Below, piece by piece: positions 44,701 to 51,542 of a stretch of DNA of 51,542 nt; positions within the stretch are counted from its first letter, which is position 1, and each line of letters opens with the position of its first letter. Source of the DNA: Catajapyx aquilonaris (lineage: Eukaryota); assembly GCA_000934665.2 (NCBI GenBank), contig KZ538723.1, positions 1 to 51,542 of the forward strand, read 5' to 3'. A program made the position numbers and the translations under genes. The notes below the pieces were generated by a model. It was not told where the DNA came from, searched no databases, and saw nothing but the letters and a program-made list of their open reading frames with translations.

Positions 44701-47331
44701 TGTTTGTAGGGCACCTATAGTCGCCCATATCTCGAAAACGCTTGGCTAATGCGACTTTTTACTTTCACCAATGAATTTCTGGCCTGCGATTTACCCCTAG
44801 TGTCATTTTCGGGCCGATTGGCCAATGGCCCTACAGACACTTCCCTTGTAAGTCAATGCCCCATATTTGAAGGGGGAAGGTACAAGCTACAAAGAGTTAT
44901 CCCTGTAATACAAAGTGAAAATATCTGGCATATCCTCCACGAACCATCCATAGTACAACAGAAGGCGATATACCTATTTTTGCTGTATGTAGCCAAATGG
45001 CATAGAAACATTTTGTAATTACCAACGGTATGTTTACGAAAAAGAGTGGAGTCCCTCCCTATGCTTATATAGGGATGTTAAAATAAAATTGAATTGATTG
45101 TCCCTGTTTCCTTGCACCGGTGAATGAAGCAGAAAATATATACAGAAAACTGATGGTGGTATGCCACCCCCCTATAGCACCCATAAGGGTCATCACGGGG
45201 TAAACTTTAAAAAAATAAAAAATAAAAAATAAATTTACTCCACAACCACAACCAAACCATCATATTCTACATAGTGACTTTATCTTCTAAGATATGTAAC
45301 TCATTTTTGACAAAAAGTGGACCTTGATAGTTTTTCTCCCAAGGTCTTCAGATGGTTTTCTGTTGCACTTCCACGTACCTGGAAATATGAGGCAGGGAGC
45401 TACATCTACTCAAATTCGCGCAGTGCAGTGTTTCTTTTTAATGACCAAGACATTTGGCCTATGACGTCATGCCATTAAAAATATCAGGTGGCGTAAATAC
45501 TCATGAACATATAAGCTACAAACATCTAAAGCTATGGTGAAATAAATTTACATCGGGGTTATGCCAATTAATTTTAAAAAATATATTGTATTTGGTCATT
45601 TTATAATATGACTGACATGGCTGCAGTAGACAAAGGGTTAAAGGAGTCAGAAACCAGGTTGCGTATGGTTTTCCAAAGTCCCAATACATGCATTTCACAC
45701 TTGACTAATCCAAATGCCTTCACCAAAACTGTTTGCATTGCACTTTTTAATATCAGTAGTAATTAATAAACTACAATTGTGTGACATCATCTTAGAGTGA
45801 GCAAATTTTGTTGTGGGAGTGTCTTTCCCAACAATGCAAATGGCATTGTCGAAATAAAATTATTCATTCATTCATTCATTCATACTTGTTCATTTGTATT
45901 TTTCCAAGTGTTCTTTTCTTTCAACACATTATTGTGTGCATGTGTGGAACAACCATGATACCTTATGTTTAAAAAGTAGAATCTGGCACTCACAATCACA
46001 GTATTCCTGCTGAATATATGCTGATATGATTTTTTTCCCCTCAGAATCCTGCATTGCCAAGGAAGATGATCAAGGAGGAAGAACAACAGTTACTATCTTG
46101 TGCTGACTGTGGGAAAACCTTTAGCAAGTTGAAGCATTTAAAGCTTCACAGGAAAGAGCACACCAAAGAAGAATGTCTCAAGTGTGAACACTGTGAGAGA
46201 GTATTTTCAAACAAGATCAATTTCATTAGACATGTTCGTGCACAGACCTGTCAAAAGTCATTAACTTGTGATCAGTGCAACAAATCATTTGGTGACCACT
46301 GGAAGCTGTCTAGACATATGGCTGTTCACTCTGGTGACAGGCCCTCCTTCAAGTGTGACATGTGCACTAAATCCTTCAAATCGTGTTACACTTTTAAACA
46401 ACATCAGAAGGACCATACAAGGGAAGGTTTGAAGGAATCGCTCAGTAAATTACTTGGAGCATGCAAAAATTCTCTCCAATCTAGCAGCAGCAAAAACTCA
46501 TCTTTCTGCTGTCAGTATTGTTTCAAAATTCTGAGATCCAAGCGTAGTCTCATTGATCATGTAAGGTTATACCATGTTCATGACAAGGTATTCACTTGTG
46601 AGCTATGTTCTGAGAAATTTTATTCGTCACATCGTTTGAGTGTGCACAAGATGAAAGCCCATGACATTGGGAAACTGCATAGGTGCAGATATTGCGGCAA
46701 AGTTTTCCTTGGAAAATCTGCTGTTGCTAGACATGAGCGTTGTCACACAGGTGAGAAGCCATACAAGTGTAGCCAGTGTTCAAAGAGCTACAGTGAAGGC
46801 AAAGGATTGAAGCAGCACAAGCTTTCGGTGCATTCTGATGAGACTCCTTTTATATGTGATAAATGTGGAAAGGGATTCAAACTATGGTCATGTCTGAAAA
46901 GACATGAAAGGCGCATGCATCAAGAAGACAGGGAGCAGCATCCTTGCAAACACTGCCCTAAAGTCTTAGCTAGTAAACACAATTTGCAGGATCACATAAG
47001 AAGGTATCATGGGGCAGACGTGTCCCAGCTCAGTTGCCCTGATTGCTCACATAAATGTGCAAACAGACAGACCCTATTTCGTCACAGACGAAAGTTTCAT
47101 GGCTACAAAACAAGGGGACAAGAGGAACGTAAACAAGAACATAAATGTCCTGTTTGCCTTCTTGTGTTCGATTATAAGAGCAAGTTTGAAATCCATATGA
47201 GATGTCACACAGGAGAGAGACTGTCATTCAGGTGCAGTGTATGTTATAAAGATTTTATATCTCATAAACATCTTACTAAACACATGTCTGAGCATACTTT
47301 GCCATACAGTTATCTCTTATTGTTCACATAA
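35544..47331 (+). CDS. Multi-C2H2 zinc-finger protein, ~921 aa, ~19 fingers, 7 coding exons
   Basis: Phase-0 GT-AG exons 35544-35867, 35955-36128, 36463-36597, 38426-38593, 39299-39808, 41238-41405, 46045-47331 join into one open frame (2766 nt). One finger each in exons 1 and 3, four in exon 5, thirteen in exon 7 (HTGEKPY linker present). Acidic VKVEE/IKIEE/IKSE motifs in the N-terminal part. The start codon and inclusion of all exons in one mRNA are inferred. Confidence 0.8.
36822..37103 (+). mobile_element. tRNA-SINE with Deu-domain-like core
   Basis: A/B boxes. Core ...gaagtaaggccgtcggtccc...gcatgttaaagatcccca...aaatttcc resembles Deu-type SINEs (recalled motif). 16-bp TSD agctacttggacccag at 36806 and 37104. 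Confidence 0.82.
37325..38179. mobile_element. piggyBac-type MITE
   Basis: TTAA|ccctaataagac ... gtcttattaggg|TTAA. Confidence 0.85.
38730..38783. repeat. (TAT)n microsatellite
   Basis: Pure ATT run; produces the spurious poly-Y/poly-I ORFs. Confidence 0.95.
39299..39808 (+). CDS. ZF gene exon 5 (duplicated four-finger block fused to a copy of the exon-3 3' end)
   Basis: Near-identical to the first ~125 codons of the terminal exon (LSCADCGKTFSKLKHLKLHRKEH...). Ends LKECEREDHFGINEK|gtgagg, matching exon 3 LKEHEREEHLGRNELEE|gtgagg. Confidence 0.85.
39889..40091. mobile_element. pogo/Tigger-type MITE
   Basis: TA|cagtggtacctc ... gaggtaccact(a)|TA with internal ttcgaa motifs; absent from the paralogous intron after 36597. 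Confidence 0.75.
40374..40603. mobile_element. hAT (Charlie-like) MITE
   Basis: TIR cagtggtttccaacct / aggttggaaaccactg; 8-bp TSD c(a/t)ctatag. Confidence 0.85.
42558..42849. repeat. ~292-bp near-perfect palindrome (foldback element) within insertion 42521-42892
   Basis: Arms cctgccgaggggttttgcag...gcccaacatggccgcc | ggcggccatgttgggc...ctgcaaaacccctcggcagg with no spacer; the insertion is flanked by a cattgcacc duplication. Confidence 0.9.
42957..45096 (+). mobile_element. 5'-truncated non-LTR retrotransposon (LINE; L2/CR1-group-like) RT fragment
   Basis: ORF 43052-44146 has KGVLQGDPLSPILF, FADDIVL, YTYLGI. A CxxC..H..C knuckle is restored when the MITE at 44234-44848 is removed (CDLCN*KKANDWVHILSQCP). 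Tail AATAAA+(ATTGA)n. 14-bp TSD attgtccctgtttc at 42943-42956 and 45097-45110. Confidence 0.92.
44234..44848. mobile_element. MITE with ~140-bp TIRs, 3-bp TAA TSD and internal tRNA-like segment
   Basis: caagggaagtgtctgtagggcca...actataggtgccc mirrored at 44709-44848; TAA at 44231 and 44849; excision restores the LINE reading frame. Confidence 0.9.
46045..47331 (+). CDS. ZF gene terminal exon, 13 tandem C2H2/C2HC fingers
   Basis: 428-codon open frame after acceptor ttttcccctcag; repeated CxxC...HxxxH; HTGEKPY linker; TAA stop at 47329-47331. Confidence 0.93.
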   Translation, partial: NPALPRKMIKEEEQQLLSCADCGKTFSKLKHLKLHRKEHTKEECLKCEHCERVFSNKINFIRHVRAQTCQKSLTCDQCNKSFGDHWKLSRHMAVHSGDRPSFKCDMCTKSFKSCYTFKQHQKDHTREGLKESLSKLLGACKNSLQSSSSKNSSFCCQYCFKILRSKRSLIDHVRLYHVHDKVFTCELCSEKFYSSHRLSVHKMKAHDIGKLHRCRYCGKVFLGKSAVARHERCHTGEKPYKCSQCSKSYSEGKGLKQHKLSVHSDETPFICDKCGKGFKLWSCLKRHERRMHQEDREQHPCKHCPKVLASKHNLQDHIRRYHGADVSQLSCPDCSHKCANRQTLFRHRRKFHGYKTRGQEERKQEHKCPVCLLVFDYKSKFEIHMRCHTGERLSFRCSVCYKDFISHKHLTKHMSEHTLPYSYLLLFT

Positions 47332-47858
47332 AAGTACTGACAGATCAAACCTACGAAGCCATATGTGAAGGTTACATGATTACGAGAATAAGAAATATGA
47401 AGGTCCCATTTGCCATTGTGTCCTGTTGTCTAAGAGCAAGTCTGAAAGTAATATGTTACGACATCCCACAGGAGTGAAACCATTCAAGTGCACTGAATGT
47501 ACTGAAGGTTTTAAGCCCGGGGACACCCCCTTCATCTCGTGCAGAGTTCAGGGTCACCTCTGGCTATGTCTCGGGTGGTATTTCCACAGACTAAACCACC
47601 CGGGGGAGTTCACTAAAAATGGCCACCACGTCAGATGCACTGCACTTGCACATCCCCTCCTGTCATCCTGCCCGTGGGCCCGGGCGCTTCTCAATGGCTC
47701 CAACTTGTACACTATGTACGATCAAATAATAAAGGTCTGTGCCGAACGCCGAAAGGTGAAGCACTACCCCCACTATTATTATTATTATTACTATTATTAT
47801 TACTGAAGGTTTTATTTCTCCTCATCATTTGCATCAACACATGTTGACACATGCAAAA
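47310..47858 (+). pseudogene. Decayed zinc-finger array remnant beyond the current stop codon
   Basis: A shifted frame reads CSHKSTDRSNLRSHM*RLH...ICHCVLLSKSKSESNMLRHPTGVKPFKCTECTEGF[insertion]ISPHHLHQHMLTH, paralleling fingers 11-13 of the terminal exon. Confidence 0.75.
47514..47800 (+). mobile_element. 5'-truncated retroposon (LINE/SINE 3' end) with (TAT)n tail
   Basis: 14-bp TSD tactgaaggtttta at 47500-47513 and 47801-47814; removing it restores a complete C2H2 finger. Confidence 0.85.
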
Positions 47859-48189
47859 GGGAGCTTTTCCGAGTGCAGCGTTTGTTCCAAATGGTTTAAT
47901 TTTCCTGCAATCTCCTCAGTCTAGGCTCTTAAAAGATCGGCTAATTACAAACAATATTCCCTACACATGGCAGGAAGAAAAAGTTGGTGCTATCCCTATT
48001 CTTCCCAAACCATGCACATCCCAAAATCATAGATATCCGGGGATTACACCACTGAACCAAAGTGCTCAACCTTAGAATACCTTGCCGTGTCCAACAGAGC
48101 CCATACGAAATCCCCAGTCAAGCTAAGGGCAATGACTGTGCAGGAAAAATGTAAAAAAAAATAACCCCCCCAAATCAAATGTTTTGTGT

Positions 48190-48712
48190 ATTGATTGTAT
48201 GGTTTGGAATGTAAATGGAGGTAATCTTAGTGAGATATTTGATGAATGCATACTTCCGAAGCATTTGAGAGTCCTGGGTTTAATTGAAACCTAGTGAGAG
48301 GATCCATCCACCTTAAAAGTGTGGAATGACGCGATCTTTCATGTCCCAGCCATTAGGAAATTCCAGGTGCGCAGACCATCTGGTGGAATTGCTATTTTTT
48401 GCCACCCATCGATAAATGCACACTGGTTGCGCATTCCGAATATTACTTGATAATGGAGCTAACAGATAAAGCCTTCCAGTCGACTCTAGCAATAGTGTAC
48501 TTTCCTCCAACTCGAAGTAATGACGGTCTATTACATGATTTTTTCAAGGAGATAATACAAAAGGCTTACATAATAAACCCTTATTGATCATGGGTGACTT
48601 AAACGCCCAAATAGGCCGGTTCCATCTCATTGCTGGTGACACCGACCTTAGAAACTCCAGAGACGGAATAGTTTCAACTAGGGGAAGGATACTTATAGAT
48701 TACTTATAGCCC
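48190..48712 (+). mobile_element. Degenerate LINE apurinic-endonuclease (APE) domain fragment
   Basis: Across frameshifts and stops it reads MVWNVNG...VLGLIET*, RPSGGIAIF, IVYFPP, LIMGDLNAQIG, RNSRDGIVSTRGRILIDY, the APE motifs of LINE ORF2. Confidence 0.8.
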
Positions 48713-49278
48713 AGTCATTTTAGGTTTTGACCCCCAAAAAAATCGTGTAAAGCTGGAAATTGGTACAGAGGTACTATTCGACCCCCTGAACAAGACACTA
48801 AAAGTCCTGAGAAATCCGAAGACCGGAACATGGTTTTTAACAAGCATAAAGGTCCTAAGTGACAAAAACATTGACATTTCACTCCAGAGTGAGCAGTTTG
48901 GCTCGAAATCACCCCAGAATGCTCGTAAGTAACTAGTTTTAGACGTGAGGGTGTGGGTGTAATCACAGATCCAAACCTTGGCCGGAATAATTTAAAAAAC
49001 AGTAAGATATGGTAATTTTATTAAATATTACAAATACACGTTATATGATTACACAGGCCAACAAAATTGAATATTTTTCTTGGGTCCCTTGAAGGTTAGA
49101 CCGATTTTAGGGTATATCTGTGGCGCTGATTCCAAAACTGGCATCCGTTGTGCCCCATCAGCGCTGGTTTTTTGAGATACATCGTTTTAAAGTTTGGACC
49201 GGTTTACTTTCCGAATTAAGTGAGCCGAAATCTTTTTGCATCTTTTTACATCTTGAAATAATCACAGATGTACAGATA

Positions 49279-49860
49279 CAGATACTTCTATAAGTCGAAT
49301 CTTCAAGGGACAGGAAAAAATTCAAGTTACAGAAAATTCGAGTTAGAGAAGTTTGGAATTTTTAAAGCACAAAACTCTATAAGGAAACTTACCTTTATAT
49401 TCAGCGACGAAAGGTGTTCAAAACTTAAAAATTACTGTCACTATCACACATACAATGTAACTCATTGTTTTATTGTTAAAAAAATCTCTGTGATGGACAT
49501 TTGCCTACTCTTAGATTCAAGGATTCAATTGTCACAATCGAGTCAAACACTTCTTTCGGTAATGTCTGGTAGACGTAGATCAGGAAATTGAGCCTTTCTG
49601 CCATGTGGCCTACACTCTTGACCCTTCGGCTGGGAAATGAGAAAATTTTCCGTACTCGCCAACATGAACTTCGATTTAGGGAGACTGAAAATGCATTGAC
49701 ATCCCATCGTAAGGCCCTGCCTGCACTTCGAGTTATGGAGAACTTCGAGTTATAGAAATTCGAGTTAGGGAAGTTTATTTCCTATTCTTTTACATTGTGA
49801 CCAACCAAGCTCATCATTTTCTTCGACTTACAGAGAACTTGGACTTATAGACGTTTTACT

Positions 49861-49861
<1 letters not shown>
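49279..49861. mobile_element. pogo/Tigger-type MITE
   Basis: Multiple ttcga(g/c)tta motifs; right end ttatagacgttttactg|TA; left end degenerate. Confidence 0.6.
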
Positions 49862-49870
<9 letters not shown>

Positions 49871-49940
<70 letters not shown>

Positions 49941-50362
49941 TTATTTATTTATTTATTTATTTTTTTTGTATACCCCGTGCTAGAGCCATGGGCTCTCTTA
50001 GGGGAGTGGATTACCACTGTCATGCAGGGGACAGGGTAGGGATAGAGAGGGGGGGGACACTGGTGCATGTGCAATGTCGGTAAGTTGGGGGTCGTGTGCA
50101 GTCCCTCAGGGGGCCGGTTCGCCATAGATGACTCCCTAGATGAGGGTCAGAAACCCCCGACTGACACCGCACCTCCTCCAGGACAGGGAAAGGAAGGAAG
50201 CGGCTGTGGCCTATTTTACGGTACGATCCCGGAATTTTTTCCTGGGCGACCTTGGGAAACCACAGAAAACCAAGGTCAGGACCGCCGGCCTCCGGGATTC
50301 GAACCCAGGATCTCCCGATTAGCAGTCGGACACCATATCCACTACACCACTACTGCTTCGGT
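49871..50362 (-). mobile_element. Composite SINE: family-B head/core plus family-A-like 3' body and shared tail
   Basis: 50180-50362 matches 28210-28393 (reverse complement); 49970-50150 resembles the family-A 3' half; 18-bp TSD gttttactgtattattat at 49853 and 50363. Confidence 0.8.
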
Positions 50363-50725
50363 GTTTTACTGTATTATTATCAGCAGGACGAAAATTTGAC
50401 CCTTTTTTAAAAGTCAAGGGTGGAGGTCCATTTCAGGACAGTAAATATATCTATATATAAATATTAGCAAGTCAAATCAAGAGTAGTAATATTTGCAGGT
50501 AATTTTGCTTCTTTACCAATCAGTGGCTAAGAAGGTCTTATTACACCTCCTGCCACATGCCATTTTGCTACAGTCACCCTATCTCTAGGGTTTCATATTC
50601 TTCGTAACAATGTCATACCCGCAGCTCTCAGATGGGTGTCATTTTTCACCTATGGTTGCTGTCAGTGGGGATGCAAGGTCGCATACCGCAGGTCCAGGAG
50701 TGCGATATTTAGAAATTCACAGGGG

Positions 50726-50788
50726 TCCTCTTGGGTCCTGGTATACAATCATACAATACGTATGATTGTATACCAGGACCCAAGAGGA
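50726..50788. repeat. Perfect 29-bp inverted repeat with 5-nt loop
   Basis: tcctcttgggtcctggtatacaatcatac-aatac-gtatgattgtataccaggacccaagagga. Confidence 0.9.
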
Positions 50789-51147
50789 TAGCCACTTCGT
50801 TTGCATGCTTACATGTGATGAAACTTACTGGTGATGATAATCATTATCCACCCAGAAGCAGAGGAATGTAGGGGAGACTGGGGCACAGTGGACCACTTTT
50901 GCACATTTGAATTTTTATATACCTACCTGTTATACCTACACACCCCATATTTTCAGGCATGGTGGAGACACTCCTTGGTAATATAAGTCACTACTATATT
51001 CACAGGCAGTGCCATCCTTTTGGCTTTAAAAAAATTTAGAAGCGACCCCCTGCAAATGGTCCACTGTACCCCGATAGGTGGGGCACAGTGGTCCGGAAGT
51101 GATTGGGACCCCTAATTCACACAAGAAGTTTATTATCATTGCCTAAC

Positions 51148-51337
51148 ATTTTTTTTACAGCTGTTCATTTTGAGGACTGTGTCAACATCACAGTTTTGCC
51201 TCTTTTTTCTACCTAATTCACATTTCAAAAATCATTGTCTCACTTTTTTTTACAGTTGTTCATTTGGAGGGCGGTTTGTCAAAATCACAGTTTTGCCCTT
51301 TTTCTACCTAATTCACATTTTAAAAATAATTGTCTCA
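51148..51337. repeat. ~96-bp tandem duplication
   Basis: Two copies of ttttttttacag(c/t)tgttcattt...atcacagttttgcc...ctacctaattcacattt..aaaaat.attgtctca. Confidence 0.8.
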
Positions 51338-51542
51338 GGGGAGGTGTGGTGGCCGTGATGGTAACGTCTCGGCTTGCTGAGTGAAAGGCCCCAGGTTCGA
51401 TCCCCGCCTGGGGAACTTTCCTTTCACCTGCGTCAGGAGGGTCTCTGACCTGCAGCAAGGAGGTGTCTGGCAACCTAACCTCCTGGGGAACAGCACATGA
51501 CCCCTTTACCGACATTGCACTTGCACCAATGTTCCCTCCCCA
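51338..51542 (+). mobile_element. SINE family A (cut by window end)
   Basis: Nearly identical to the heads of the 42335 and 24001 copies. Confidence 0.88.

Larger units (their letters stand above)
42335..45234 (+). mobile_element. SINE family A, split by two later insertions
   Basis: Head 42335-42520, middle 42893-42956, tail 45097-45234; 13-bp TSD ttact(t/c)cacaacc at 42322-42334 and 45235-45247. Confidence 0.88.
42190..45349. mobile_element. Second copy of the 8658 MITE, split by the SINE stack
   Basis: 42190-42334 plus 45235-45349 rejoin to a sequence collinear with 8658-8887; flanks aaat/agat. Confidence 0.85.
41616..45637. mobile_element. piggyBac-type element, outermost layer of the nested stack
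   Basis: ttag|ccctatgtttactgc ... gcagtagacaaaggg|ttaa. The paralogous intron has the empty site ttcgttgt-TTAA-aggagttagaaacc at 38885. Confidence 0.8.

Noticed and set aside
3911..51515. Recurrent ORFs such as ...CAVPQEVRLPDTS...DPPDAGER... (3945, 22256, 24106, 42322, 51285)
   Set aside because: They are chance translations of SINE-A copies, with frameshifts between copies; not a protein family.

Overview
Eukaryotic, most likely invertebrate/arthropod genomic DNA (spliceosomal GT-AG introns, tRNA-derived SINEs, TTAGG-like repeats, a few N gaps). I reconstructed two host genes by hand, both on the + strand. (1) An intact 13-exon, 502-aa clan-3 (CYP3A-like) cytochrome P450 at 19231-31714. Its I-helix lacks the catalytic acidic residue (AGYATT instead of AGYETT) and it has an Asp in SRS-5. 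(2) A ~921-aa C2H2 zinc-finger gene at 35544-47331 (7 coding exons, ~19 fingers), enlarged by an in-frame internal tandem duplication, with decayed extra fingers past the stop codon. The rest is densely packed with short transposable elements: five tRNA-SINE types (four share a hairpin-forming 3' tail), LINE fragments, Helitron/DINE-1-like elements, and MITEs with TA, TAA/TTA, TTAA, 4-bp and 8-bp target-site duplications. These include a five-level nested insertion stack in the last ZF intron. Most short ORFs in the supplied track are spurious. No prokaryotic-type systems (CRISPR, operons) are present. All family assignments come from motif recognition, not database searches.
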